A stretch of DNA of 64,000 bases from Phycisphaerae bacterium. Lineage in GTDB: Bacteria; Planctomycetota; Phycisphaerae; JAAYCJ01. The DNA lies in assembly GCA_041658725.1 (NCBI GenBank), contig JBAZZQ010000003.1:22903-86902 (forward strand), in the 5' to 3' direction. A program made the translations under genes and the position numbers. Shown here piece after piece: positions 36,991 through 47,287 of the stretch. Under the pieces are notes generated by a model. The model saw only the letters and a program-made list of their open reading frames with translations. It did not search any database and was not told the origin of the DNA. Position 1 is the stretch's first letter. The number at the start of each line of letters is the position of its first letter.

Positions 36991-39219
36991 ATGAAAATGT
37001 TCGAAGATATTGTAGAAACCGCACGTGAACCCCTCTTGGTGTTGGATTCAGACCTGAGGGTTCTCTTAGCCAACCGCAGCTTTTATGATTCATTCAAGGT
37101 AACATCGGAGGAAACAATAGGGAAGCTTATCTATGACCTGGGAAACCGACAATGGGATATTCCCAAGCTTCGGACGTTGCTTGAAGAGATTCTTCCCAAA
37201 GATAACAAGTTCGATGACTATGAAGTTGAACATATATTTTCCAGCATCGGGCACAAGATAATGCTGCTTAATGCCCGCCGGATCACTCAAAAGGAAATTG
37301 GTTCTCAGATGATCCTCCTGGCCATCGAGGACATCACCGAGCGCAAGGACATCGAAGCCGGTCTGGAAAGAACCCGCAAAGAACTGGAAGTGATCAAGAA
37401 ATCCGCGGATGAGTCCCTCGAATACGCCGAGAGCATCATCAACACCGTGCGTGAACCCTTGATCTCTCTGAATCAAGATTTAAGAGTAGTATCCGCCAGC
37501 CGCTCCTTCTATGAAGTCTTTAAGGTAAACCCTGAAGAGACTGTGGGACAGCTTATTTATGACCTGGGCAATAAACAGTGGGACATCCCCAAGCTGCGAG
37601 AACTGCTGGAAACCATCCTGCCCCAAAAGGCAACCTTTGACAACTACGAGGTTGAGCACGATTTCGCCGACATTGGCAAGCGCATCATGCTTTTAAATGC
37701 CCGGCAGATCCAAAGAGGGTCGGAAAAAGAGCGGATCATTCTTCTGGCCATCGAGGATATCACTGAGCAAACGAGACTGCAAAGAGAATTGGCAGAACGA
37801 ACACGGGACGCCGAAGCCGCCAACCGCGCCAAGAGCGCCTTTCTGGCGAACATGTCGCATGAAATCCGTACGCCGATGACTGCGATTTTGGGGTTCTCCC
37901 AACTGATGCAGCGCGATCCGGCAGCGACCCCTGAGCAGATGAAGCATCTGGATGTCATCAATCGCAGCGGCGAGCACCTGCTGACGATCATCAATGATAT
38001 CCTCGAGATATCAAAGATTGAGGCCGGGCGCACGACCTTGAACCCGACGACCTTCGATTTGCATGCGCTCGTCAATGACTTGGAGACGATCTTCCGCGTC
38101 CACACCGACGCGAAGAAACTACACTTGATTGTGGAGCACATCGACGAGATGCCTTGCTACGTCGTGTCCGACGAAGCTAAGGTGCGACAGATGCTCAGTA
38201 ACCTGCTAGGCAATGCGGTAAAGTTCACTCAGACAGGCGGCATTGCACTACGGGTCCGCACAAGCCCCGGGGAAGCCGCTGGATTGCGTCTTGTGGCCGA
38301 AGTGGAGGATACGGGCCAAGGCATTTCCGAAAAGGACATCGCCGGACTGTTCCAGCGCTTTGAACAAACCGAGAGCGGTCAGAAGATTCGAACGGGAACG
38401 GGGCTTGGCTTGGCCATTAGTCGTGGATTTGCGCGTCTGATGGGAGGGGATATCACGGTCAGCAGCCAGGAAGGTAAAGGCAGTATCTTCCATGTCGAGA
38501 TCGGCTTGAGTGCTGGGGACGTTGCCGGCGTGGCGAAGAATGCCGCTGACTCCCGCCGTGTAGTGGGGATCAAACCCGGGCAGCCTAAGTACCGGGTGCT
38601 GATTGCCGACGACAACAAAGAAAACCGCGATCTGCTCGCCCAGACGCTCGGTCCCGTTGGGTTCGAACTCCGCCAGGCAAATGACGGCGAGGAGGCTATC
38701 CGAGAGTTTCAGGCGTGGCAACCGGACATCATTCTGATGGACCTGCGCATGCCTGTGATTGACGGTCGTGAGGCGACGCGGCGCATCAAGTCCAGCCCCA
38801 AGGGCAAAGAGACATCAGTTGTTGTTTTGACGGCAAGTTCTTTCGAGGATGGTCGCCGGGACATGACCGCCGCCGGCGCAAATGGATACATCCGCAAGCC
38901 GTTCCGGGAGCCGGAGCTATTTGAAACCATCGCTCGTTGCCTTGGCGTCGAATATGTTTACGCGGAAGAGGCCGCCGGCTCATTGCCGCGGCCATCGGCG
39001 GCAACGGCCACCTTGTCTGCTGAGGCGCTGTCCCGCTTGCCAAAGGATCTGATTCAGGGCATTCGAGATACAGCTTCCGGCGCAAACCTGAAGCTGCTAC
39101 TTACGTTGATCAGCCAGTTGGAAACTCATGACCCCCAGGCGGCCGAAGGATTGCGGGAGTTGGCCAATCATTATGATTACGAGGCCATCCTGCGCGTTTT
39201 TTCAGGAGGCCCAGCATGA
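36991..39219 (+). CDS. Hybrid sensor histidine kinase (2x PAS, HisKA, HATPase_c, REC, C-terminal Hpt-like)
   Basis: Duplicated PAS-like segments (YDLGN.QWDIPKLR). H-box MSHEIRTPMTAILGF. HATPase N/G boxes. REC domain VLIADDNKENRDLL...DIILMDLRMPVIDG. Confidence 0.9.
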   Translation: MKMFEDIVETAREPLLVLDSDLRVLLANRSFYDSFKVTSEETIGKLIYDLGNRQWDIPKLRTLLEEILPKDNKFDDYEVEHIFSSIGHKIMLLNARRITQKEIGSQMILLAIEDITERKDIEAGLERTRKELEVIKKSADESLEYAESIINTVREPLISLNQDLRVVSASRSFYEVFKVNPEETVGQLIYDLGNKQWDIPKLRELLETILPQKATFDNYEVEHDFADIGKRIMLLNARQIQRGSEKERIILLAIEDITEQTRLQRELAERTRDAEAANRAKSAFLANMSHEIRTPMTAILGFSQLMQRDPAATPEQMKHLDVINRSGEHLLTIINDILEISKIEAGRTTLNPTTFDLHALVNDLETIFRVHTDAKKLHLIVEHIDEMPCYVVSDEAKVRQMLSNLLGNAVKFTQTGGIALRVRTSPGEAAGLRLVAEVEDTGQGISEKDIAGLFQRFEQTESGQKIRTGTGLGLAISRGFARLMGGDITVSSQEGKGSIFHVEIGLSAGDVAGVAKNAADSRRVVGIKPGQPKYRVLIADDNKENRDLLAQTLGPVGFELRQANDGEEAIREFQAWQPDIILMDLRMPVIDGREATRRIKSSPKGKETSVVVLTASSFEDGRRDMTAAGANGYIRKPFREPELFETIARCLGVEYVYAEEAAGSLPRPSAATATLSAEALSRLPKDLIQGIRDTASGANLKLLLTLISQLETHDPQAAEGLRELANHYDYEAILRVFSGGPA

Positions 39220-40394
39220 ACCGGGACGTCACGATCGGACAGAAACCCGCCAGCATTCTCATTGTGGATGACGTGGCGGCGAACCTTCAGGTGCTCACCG
39301 GGATGCTCGATGAAAGGGGCTATCTGACGAGACCCGTCACTAGCGGGAAAATGGCACTGCTGGCGGCACAAAATGATCCGCCCGACCTGGTTCTGCTTGA
39401 TATCACCATGCCGGAGATGGATGGGTACGAGGTCTGTGAGCGCATGAAGGCGAACGAGAAGTTGAAGGACATCCCCGTGATCTTCATCAGTGCCCTGCAT
39501 GAAACCCTGGACAAGGTCAAGGGCTTCAGCGTCGGTGGGCTGGACTACGTGACCAAGCCCTTCCAGTTCGAGGAAGTCCATGCGCGCGTCGAGACCCACT
39601 TGAAACTGCGGCGTCTGCAGCTCCAATTGGAGGAGCAGAACCGCCTCCTGCTGGAAAGCCGGCAAGCACTGCGGCTCCAACTGTCGCAAGCAGCAGACTA
39701 CGTCCTGTCCCTCATCCCCCCGCCGATACGCGAAGGGAGCATCCGTACGGACTGGAGGCTTATACCCTCCTTTCAATTGGGTGGCGACTCGCTCGGCTAT
39801 CATTGGATCGACAAGGACCACTTTGCAATGTATCTGCTTGATGTCTGCGGCCATGGCGTCGGCCCGGCGCTGCTGTCGGTATCGGCGCTCGACATGTTTC
39901 GATCCCAGTCTCTCCCGGACACTGATTTCCGAATGCCGGCGCAGGTGCTTCGGGCGATCAACCGGGCCTTCCCGATGGAGAAGCACAATGGTCTCTACTT
40001 CACGGCATGGTACGGCGTGTTCAACACGGCCACCCGCGAACTACGGTACGCAGGCGGCGGTCATCCGCCGGCCCTCATCCTGAACGCCGATGGACACGCC
40101 GCGACTGTGCCTGTGTCAGGTCTACTGTTGGGTTGTGATCCTAACGCGGTTTATGAGGACTCCGTTCTTAAGGCCAATTCTACCGCTGAGCTTTGCGTCT
40201 TCTCCGACGGCTGTTATGAAGTTCGGCGGCCTGATGGCAAGATGTGGAGCCACGAGGAGTTTAAGTCTCTTCTCATTAAGACCCTCGCCAATGGCGTGTC
40301 CGATCTGGACGCCCTCTACTGCCACGTCCGCAATATCTGCGGTAGAGAGGTGCTTGAAGATGATTTCTCGATCCTCAAAGTATCATTTACGTAG
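39216..40394 (+). CDS. Response regulator with PP2C/SpoIIE-type phosphatase output domain (RsbU-like)
   Basis: REC domain ILIVDDVAANL...LVLLDITMPEMDGYEV. PP2C motif LLDVCGHGVGPALLSVSA. Overlaps the kinase stop by 4 nt. Confidence 0.85.
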   Translation: MNRDVTIGQKPASILIVDDVAANLQVLTGMLDERGYLTRPVTSGKMALLAAQNDPPDLVLLDITMPEMDGYEVCERMKANEKLKDIPVIFISALHETLDKVKGFSVGGLDYVTKPFQFEEVHARVETHLKLRRLQLQLEEQNRLLLESRQALRLQLSQAADYVLSLIPPPIREGSIRTDWRLIPSFQLGGDSLGYHWIDKDHFAMYLLDVCGHGVGPALLSVSALDMFRSQSLPDTDFRMPAQVLRAINRAFPMEKHNGLYFTAWYGVFNTATRELRYAGGGHPPALILNADGHAATVPVSGLLLGCDPNAVYEDSVLKANSTAELCVFSDGCYEVRRPDGKMWSHEEFKSLLIKTLANGVSDLDALYCHVRNICGREVLEDDFSILKVSFT

Positions 40395-40406
40395 AAGGGA
40401 GTTGAT

Positions 40407-41882
40407 ATGACGAATACAGACGACAGACAACACCGCTCGATCCTGCAAAGAATTGCCCATTGGGCGATGCTTGAACGAGGACTTGTTCCGGATTTTCCGC
40501 TACAGGCGCTCGCCGAGCTTGACGGAATCCACGAGTCGGCGACGCAAACTGACGAACCGACGCGCGATCTGAGGGCCTTTCTCTGGTGCTCCATCGACAA
40601 CGATGATTCGCGTGATCTGGACCAGCTTACCTTTGCTGAAGCCATGCCCAGCGGGGCCGTCAAAATCCTTGTCGCTATTGCCGACGTTGACGCGGTCGTC
40701 AAGAAGCGATCGGCGATTGACGATCATGCGCGGCAAAACACCACCTCCGTCTATACGGTGGCCGAGACGTTTCCGATGCTGCCCGAGAAACTCTCCACGG
40801 ATATTACCTCTCTCAACTATGAATCAGACCGCCTGGCCATCGTCGTTGAAATGGTTTTCGCCGGCGATGGGTCACTTCAAAGTTCGGACCTCTATCAAGC
40901 GACGGTCCGTAATCGTGCAAAGCTTACCTACAACGGCGTTGCCGCCTGGCTCGATGGAAATGGCCCGATGCCGCAAGGGATCAGCCTGGTCAAAGGCCTC
41001 GACGAGAACCTTCGGCTTCAGGACCGCGCGGCCCAGAAACTCAAAACACTTCGGCACCTGCAGGGCGCGCTTGACCTGGAAACAATCGAGGCACGTCCGA
41101 TCTTTGACGGAGATGAGCTTAAGGACCTGGAAGCCGACAAAAAGAACAGGGCCAAGGACATTATTGAGGACTTTATGATCGCCGCCAACGGAGTTACCGC
41201 ACGATATCTCGCGTCGAAAAAGTTCCCGTCGCTGCGGCGAGTGGTCCGCACACCCAAACGCTGGGACCGGATTATCGAGATTGCCGCGGGGCGGGGTTCA
41301 ACTTTGCCCAAAGAACCCGACGCAAAGGCACTGGAGCAGTTCCTGGTATCGGCGAAAGCCGCTGATCCTCTCCGCTTTCCCGATCTGTCGCTTAGCGTCA
41401 TCAAACTCCTGGGCGCCGGTGAATACGTCGTCGAACTTCCGGGCGGCAGCGTCGGCGGGCACTTCGGTCTGGCGGTCAAGGACTATGCTCACTCCACTGC
41501 CCCGAACCGCCGATACCCCGATCTGATTACCCAGCGGTTGCTAAAAGCCGCCGCGGCGGGACGGCCCGTGCCCTACGAGAATGACGAATTGGAATCGCTC
41601 GCCAAGCACTGCACCGAAGCGGAAGACGCTGCGAAAAAAGTTGAACGGCAGGTCACGAAATCCGCAGCCGCACTTCTGCTGGAAGCAAGGATCGGGGAAC
41701 AATACGATGCCATCGTTACCGGCGCATCTGACAAAGGCACGTGGGTTCGTCTTTTGCATCCTCCCATTGAAGGACGGCTGGAGAGCAGTTTTGACGGAAT
41801 GGACGTCGGCCATCGGCTCCGCGTCCAACTGATCCGCACGGATGTGGAGCGTGGATATATCGACTTTAAGAGAGTGGAGTAA
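40407..41882 (+). CDS. RNase II/R family 3'-5' exoribonuclease (RNB domain + C-terminal S1, no N-terminal CSDs)
   Basis: RNB motif CSIDNDDSRDLDQ and a C-terminal S1-like GTWVRLLHPPIEGRL. 491 aa. Confidence 0.75.
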   Translation: MTNTDDRQHRSILQRIAHWAMLERGLVPDFPLQALAELDGIHESATQTDEPTRDLRAFLWCSIDNDDSRDLDQLTFAEAMPSGAVKILVAIADVDAVVKKRSAIDDHARQNTTSVYTVAETFPMLPEKLSTDITSLNYESDRLAIVVEMVFAGDGSLQSSDLYQATVRNRAKLTYNGVAAWLDGNGPMPQGISLVKGLDENLRLQDRAAQKLKTLRHLQGALDLETIEARPIFDGDELKDLEADKKNRAKDIIEDFMIAANGVTARYLASKKFPSLRRVVRTPKRWDRIIEIAAGRGSTLPKEPDAKALEQFLVSAKAADPLRFPDLSLSVIKLLGAGEYVVELPGGSVGGHFGLAVKDYAHSTAPNRRYPDLITQRLLKAAAAGRPVPYENDELESLAKHCTEAEDAAKKVERQVTKSAAALLLEARIGEQYDAIVTGASDKGTWVRLLHPPIEGRLESSFDGMDVGHRLRVQLIRTDVERGYIDFKRVE

Positions 41883-42066
41883 AGAGAGGCGGATGGATAA
41901 GTTGGTGTTCGCTGGTGGCATCGGATAAAATGTCTACACGACCCGCGTCATTCGAACGGACGAAGAACGCATGATAGGGAAGACGGTTTGCAGCGTTCTC
42001 GGTCCCCAGGGTGGAAAGGAAATGTGCTATGAATACGAAGAGGACTAACCTCCGGGACAGATCGCA

Positions 42067-43530
42067 ATGATGATGGCCGTTGCTAATCTGGTGCAAGACC
42101 TCTGGCAGATCGCTGCTATCGGACTTATGTTGCTTCTCTCGGTGTTGGCGACTGGGCACGCGGTTCTCATGAAGCGTGATTCTCGCTCCGCTATCGCGTG
42201 GGTGGGTTTCGTTTGGCTAGTGCCCCTGGTCGGGGCTGTCCTATACTTCATCTTGGGAGTGAATCGCATTCGCCATAAGGCCGCCCTGCTGCGAAGGAAC
42301 CTTGAGCGGTACCGAGCACAAGCCTCACAACCCGAATGTCGGCCGGAAGAGTTGAAGAGTCATCTGCCGGATCACGGAGAGAATCTGGAGATGCTGGCTC
42401 GGGTCGTTGGGGGTGTGGTAGATCGCCCCTTGCTGCCGGGCAATCGAATCGATCCGTTGGTGAACGGAGATGAAGCCTATCCGGCCATGCTGGAAGCGAT
42501 CCAGCACGCATGCAAGACAGTCTCTTTGATGACCTATATCTTTGATCGGGACGAGGTCGGGATAGCCTTTGCGCATGCGCTTGGCGAGGCTGCTCGCCGG
42601 GGCGTGGAAGTGCGAGTGCTGATTGACGCAATGGGGACTTGGTATTCCTGGCCCACCATTCTCCACACGCTGCAACGAGAGGGGGTGAAGTGTGCACGGT
42701 TTCTCCCGCCTTTTGCTTTGCGGCATATGATGTCGGTCAACATGCGCACACACCGGAAGATACTGGTGGCGGATGGGCGTGTAGGATTTACCGGCGGCAT
42801 GAATATTCGAGTGGGACACTGTATTCAACGCCAACCGCCAAACCCGGTACAGGACATCCATTTCCGAGTGAAGGGTCCTGTGGTGACCCAACTGCAAGAA
42901 GTGTTCACCGATGATTGGCTGTTCACGACCGGCGAAGCTTTGCGTGGCGATTCGTGGTTTCCAGAAACCGAAAGGGAGGGGCAGGTGTTAGCACGAGGCG
43001 TGACCGATGGTCCGGATGAGAATTTCGAGAAGCTTCTTTGGACGCTGTTGGGAGCGATCTCGATTGCCCGCTATTCAGTCCGGATCATGACACCCTATTT
43101 TCTGCCCGACCCTGCCGTGGTATCCGCCCTGAATCTGGCATCAATGAGGGGTGTGCAGGTTGACATTATTTTACCCTCATGGAGTAACCTGCCGTTCGTC
43201 TTGTGGGCCTCCCGGGCGATGTGGTGGAAAGTACTTCAGCATGGATGCCGGATTTGGCTAACCCCGCCCCCATTCGATCACTCAAAACTCATGCTGGTGG
43301 ATGGTTGCTGGGTGCTGCTGGGATCGGCCAACTGGGATCCGCGAAGCTTACGCCTTAACTTCGAGTTCAACCTGGAATGTTACGACACCGAACTCGCCCA
43401 GCGGCTCGATCAGTGGGTCGAGACGAAACGAAATGTCGCCCATCGTGTAACAATGGAGGAGATAGATGGCCGCTCACTGCCCGCTCGCCTGCGTGATGGC
43501 ATTGCGAGATTGCTGACGCCGTACTTGTAA
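42067..43530 (+). CDS. cls: Cardiolipin synthase (PLD superfamily, two HKD motifs)
   Basis: N-terminal TM helices. HKD1 is HRKILVADGRVGFTGGMNI; HKD2 is HSKLMLVDGCWVLLGSANWDPRS. Confidence 0.85.
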   Translation: MMMAVANLVQDLWQIAAIGLMLLLSVLATGHAVLMKRDSRSAIAWVGFVWLVPLVGAVLYFILGVNRIRHKAALLRRNLERYRAQASQPECRPEELKSHLPDHGENLEMLARVVGGVVDRPLLPGNRIDPLVNGDEAYPAMLEAIQHACKTVSLMTYIFDRDEVGIAFAHALGEAARRGVEVRVLIDAMGTWYSWPTILHTLQREGVKCARFLPPFALRHMMSVNMRTHRKILVADGRVGFTGGMNIRVGHCIQRQPPNPVQDIHFRVKGPVVTQLQEVFTDDWLFTTGEALRGDSWFPETEREGQVLARGVTDGPDENFEKLLWTLLGAISIARYSVRIMTPYFLPDPAVVSALNLASMRGVQVDIILPSWSNLPFVLWASRAMWWKVLQHGCRIWLTPPPFDHSKLMLVDGCWVLLGSANWDPRSLRLNFEFNLECYDTELAQRLDQWVETKRNVAHRVTMEEIDGRSLPARLRDGIARLLTPYL

Positions 43531-44075
43531 TAGGGGACTTATACGGAACATGATTAATTAATGCGCTCAGCGAATATACATATGCCAACAATCGAGTTTG
43601 TCATGTTGAGCGAAGCGAAACATCTGGCCTTAAAATTCAATCAACGCCAGATACTTCGTTGCGCACAAAATGGCCGAGCGCATTAACTAAACATGTTACG
43701 TATTATCCTCCAGATAGGAAAGGTTAGGTATCAGGGAATCGGCCCACTTGAGTTCAAACAGAATTGCACCGGCTGCGTGCTGCTGATTGCGGTTGCCGGC
43801 GGAATGTTCTTGCCGTGGCGGAATTTTAAAAATATAACGGTTCAAAAATGATCTTTGTGACGGAGAGTATCACTTATGTTTTCTTCCTTGGCTGCAGCCG
43901 GTTCTTTTTTAAAGGTTCCCAAAAATCACGTTGGGTATTTCGGGGCATGTTTGGGCATGTAGAAGATCGCGATCAAATTCAACTCTGTAGTGGATTTTTC
44001 AATACATCTCGTATATTTTTAAAATAGCTGGTGTTTTTCCAGCTAGGAGCGTGGGTTTGGAATTCAGGGGAAGAC

Positions 44076-44564
44076 ATGAAAAGATTGGTGCTTGTCAAAC
44101 TCGTGGTCAGCATTATCGGGTGTCAACTCGCTGGTTACTTGGGTTCACTTGTCACTCGACCAGCCATCTCGACTTGGTATGCCTCACTGAAGAAACCTTC
44201 TTATGGTCCTCCGGATTCAGTATTCGGACCGGTTTGGATCTCGCTGTACTTACTAATGGGAATCGCGGTCTTTCTGGTCTGGCGCCAAACGTTAGCCCGT
44301 TCAGGAGTAAAGGCGGCCCTTTTATTTTTCGTGATCCAGTTGATTCTAAATGCCATCTGGCCGTTCCTGTTTTTTGGCTTACGATCCCCCTTGCTAGGTT
44401 TGGCCGATATTCTTCTTCTGTGGCTCGCTATTGTACTTACGATCATTTTATTTTACCGGGTTGCGACACCCGCCGCACTCTTACTGATTCCTTATATCCT
44501 CTGGGTCAGTTTCGCCGCCGTCCTGAATTTCGGAATCTGGCGTCTTAATCCGGGATCGTTATGA
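44076..44564 (+). CDS. tspO: TspO/MBR family tryptophan-rich sensory protein
   Basis: WYASLKKPSYGPPDSVFGPVWISLYLLMG and a five-TM profile. The start is taken at the ATG at 44076 (MKRLVLV). Confidence 0.85.
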   Translation: MKRLVLVKLVVSIIGCQLAGYLGSLVTRPAISTWYASLKKPSYGPPDSVFGPVWISLYLLMGIAVFLVWRQTLARSGVKAALLFFVIQLILNAIWPFLFFGLRSPLLGLADILLLWLAIVLTIILFYRVATPAALLLIPYILWVSFAAVLNFGIWRLNPGSL

Positions 44565-45898
44565 TCAATGCCAAAAGAATCATGATTGTCAAACAAAGTG
44601 AGAGAATTTCCGGACCGATTGTTTACTGGATGAGTCGGGATCAGCGAACCCAGGACAATTGGGCCCTTCTGCATTCTCAATCTTTGGCATTGGAGAGGAA
44701 CGCATCCCTGGCGGTGGTGTTCTGCCTGGTTCCCGCCTTCCTGAACGCCTCGTTTCGTTCATATAGTTTTATGATCAAGGGTCTTGGGGAAGTCGAAAGA
44801 AAACTGGCTAAAAAAGGCATCCCTTTTTTTCTGATAACAGGTCTGCCGGAGAAAGTCCTTCCGCTGTGGATCAGGAGAATTCGAGCATCCCTTTTGGTCA
44901 CTGATTTTGATCCCCTGCGGATCAAGCGTGAATGGCAAAAATCTGTCGCGGACCAAATCGATATTCCCCTGCATGTGATTGACGCTCACAATATCGTTCC
45001 CAGCTGGACAGCCTCATCCAAGCAGGAATACGCTGCCTACACGATCCGCCCGAAAATCCATCGGGCACTGCCTGAATTTCTGGAGGATTTTCCGAGACTA
45101 AAGAAACATCCTTTCCCCTGGCCGGAGAAGGTGTCCGCTGTTCCGTGGGAAGAATCTGTAAAATGGCTGAAAGTGGACCGAAAGGTCGAGGAGGTCGCAT
45201 GGCTGACGCCGGGTGAAAAAGCTGCCCATCGAAAGCTTAAATTCTTCCTGGAAAACAAGCTTTCTGCCTATGACCAGGAGCGGAACTACCCTGTGAAAGA
45301 TGGTCAATCCAACCTGTCCCCCTATCTGCACTTTGGGCAGATTTCCGCCCAGCGGGTGGCCTGGGAGGTGGTTCGTTCGGCGGTCCCCGTTGCCGCGAAG
45401 GAAACCTTTCTTGAGGAATTGATCGTTCGCCGGGAACTCGCGGATAATTTTTGCTTTTACAATCCTGATTACGACCGGTTCGACGGGTTTCCCACATGGG
45501 CCCAAGCTACCTTGAATGCCCATCGGCGGGACCGGCGCCCTTACCTGTATTCGTTGGAGCAACTCGAACAGGCCAGGACCCATGATGATCTCTGGAACGC
45601 CGCGCAGATACAAATGATGCGGACGGGTAAGATGCACGGCTTTATGCGGATGTACTGGGCAAAGAAAATTATGGAATGGACGGCCTTGCCCCACGAAGCT
45701 CTTCGCATCGCCATTTATCTAAATGACAAATACGAACTCGACGGCCGAGATCCGAATGGGTATACGGGGATCGCGTGGTCGATTGGCGGGGTACACGACC
45801 GGGCCTGGCCCGAACGGTCCATTTTCGGCAAAATTCGATATATGAGCTATAATGGGTGTAAATCGAAATTCGACATCAAGTTCTATATTACCCAATAA
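44561..45898 (+). CDS. phr: Deoxyribodipyrimidine photolyase, class II CPD type
   Basis: N-terminal ISGPIVYWMSRDQRTQDNWAL. C-terminal FAD-binding region FDGFPTWAQ...MHGFMRMYWAKKI. Its start overlaps the tspO stop (ATGA). Confidence 0.85.
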   Translation: MINAKRIMIVKQSERISGPIVYWMSRDQRTQDNWALLHSQSLALERNASLAVVFCLVPAFLNASFRSYSFMIKGLGEVERKLAKKGIPFFLITGLPEKVLPLWIRRIRASLLVTDFDPLRIKREWQKSVADQIDIPLHVIDAHNIVPSWTASSKQEYAAYTIRPKIHRALPEFLEDFPRLKKHPFPWPEKVSAVPWEESVKWLKVDRKVEEVAWLTPGEKAAHRKLKFFLENKLSAYDQERNYPVKDGQSNLSPYLHFGQISAQRVAWEVVRSAVPVAAKETFLEELIVRRELADNFCFYNPDYDRFDGFPTWAQATLNAHRRDRRPYLYSLEQLEQARTHDDLWNAAQIQMMRTGKMHGFMRMYWAKKIMEWTALPHEALRIAIYLNDKYELDGRDPNGYTGIAWSIGGVHDRAWPERSIFGKIRYMSYNGCKSKFDIKFYITQ

Positions 45899-45900
45899 AC

Positions 45901-46218
45901 CGTCTGAAGGAACAACTGGACCTGTTCGCCGGCCGAACCAGCAGCCATTACTTCCTCAACAACCAGTTCCGTCTCCTGCTGGCCGGAGCAGCCTATATCC
46001 TCACCGAAACTCTCCACCGCGTCGGCCTCAAAGGAACGATCCTTGAAAACGCCCAGGCCGGCACGATCCGAACGAAACTCCTGAAGATCGGCGCTCTGGT
46101 CAAATCCAGCGTCAGGCGCGTGGTCTTCCACCTGGCCGGCGGATTTCCGCTTCAAAGCCTCTTTCGTCAAATCGTTGCCCGCCTGACCCTGCCGGCGCCC
46201 GTCTTTTCCTCGGGATAA
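45901..46218 (+). pseudogene. IS4/IS1380-like DDE transposase C-terminal fragment
   Basis: 105-aa reading frame DLFAGRTSSHYFLNNQFRLLLAGAAYIL...IRTKLLKIGALVKSSVRRVVFHLAGGFP, the conserved C-terminal signature of IS4-superfamily transposases. It has no start and no catalytic core, and begins 3 nt after the photolyase stop. Confidence 0.65.
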
Positions 46219-46495
46219 CCCCGCCACAATCCGGTTTCCGTTTGGTGGTAAGGGGGTGGTGTGCCCGGGCAGACCGGTTTAGACCCGATCTTCGTAAAAT
46301 TCTCCGTCAGTTCCGCCCGCCGATGCTATTCCGAGAACGTATGAAAAATGCGGGTTAAGAAAACAGCCGCCAAACCGAAAGCAGCCAAGAAGGCCTGCAA
46401 GACCTGCAAGTAACCCGGCAATGGATTAGCCAAGTTGTAGAAAAGAGGGAAGGCGCCCCGCCACGGCGGTGCCTTTCCTCTTTTCGTTTTGTTGT

Positions 46496-47287
46496 CTATC
46501 CTTCCACTACCTCGATATTGTCCATATCCCCCAGCACCCCGTTGGCCAGTGTCAGATATTCAATCTTTCGGGGATCATGGCCCAGCAGCGCACTTCCTAC
46601 CGCATCTACCGCCACGGGATCGAAACTCCCGAGGATCAATCCCAAGTTCTTTGCCGCACCCGAAAGGTGCATCCCGGTCAGGGCCACCACCGCATCCACC
46701 AGGCAAAGGTCAGGCCGCTTGTACCAGCAGACATCCACCACTGATTTGTGGGTCGATGGCGAATGTAGCTTCGATTTGTTCCAGGAGCCCTGGTAGTACG
46801 GGGTCGGTGCAAGGCCGAACATGTTTTTCATAGCGATGGTTGTTTGAGTAAAGCTGTGGTCCTTGAGGACCGGAACGGAAATAAGGAATGCCTCACGGGC
46901 AATCTCCGGCAGATAGAATTCCTTGAGCTGCAAGCTATCCTGCCGTTGGAGTTTGATTGCCGGTTCTTCATTAAAGTCAATCAGCCGTAACCCGTGCCTT
47001 CGGGCCAGATCGGTATAACCATTGGCGGCAAAGGTGTCTTTCGTTTTCCCGCTCCCGCTGCCTTCGCCGATTGCAATCTCGGCCCGACTGTGCGCCCGGC
47101 AATAGTGATAAATCGCCTCAACCGCCGCCACCGGGGTGGTCACTGGCGGAGGAGAGCCGTTGGTCAAATTGGGCTTGAGGATGATCAGGCCCTGACCGGG
47201 CAATCTCGCGCTCGCCCCGATTAAATCCAGTGCCTTTGACACCGCCGTTGAGTAATCGTCAAACTTGACTTTGGCCACGGTACTCAT
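46496..47287 (-). CDS. DUF362 domain protein
   Basis: MSTVAKVKFDDYSTAVSKALDLIGA...LIILKPNL matches the DUF362 N-terminal region. The start codon overlaps the stop of the upstream DUF123 gene (ATGA). Confidence 0.55.
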   Translation of the reverse strand: MSTVAKVKFDDYSTAVSKALDLIGASARLPGQGLIILKPNLTNGSPPPVTTPVAAVEAIYHYCRAHSRAEIAIGEGSGSGKTKDTFAANGYTDLARRHGLRLIDFNEEPAIKLQRQDSLQLKEFYLPEIAREAFLISVPVLKDHSFTQTTIAMKNMFGLAPTPYYQGSWNKSKLHSPSTHKSVVDVCWYKRPDLCLVDAVVALTGMHLSGAAKNLGLILGSFDPVAVDAVGSALLGHDPRKIEYLTLANGVLGDMDNIEVVEG

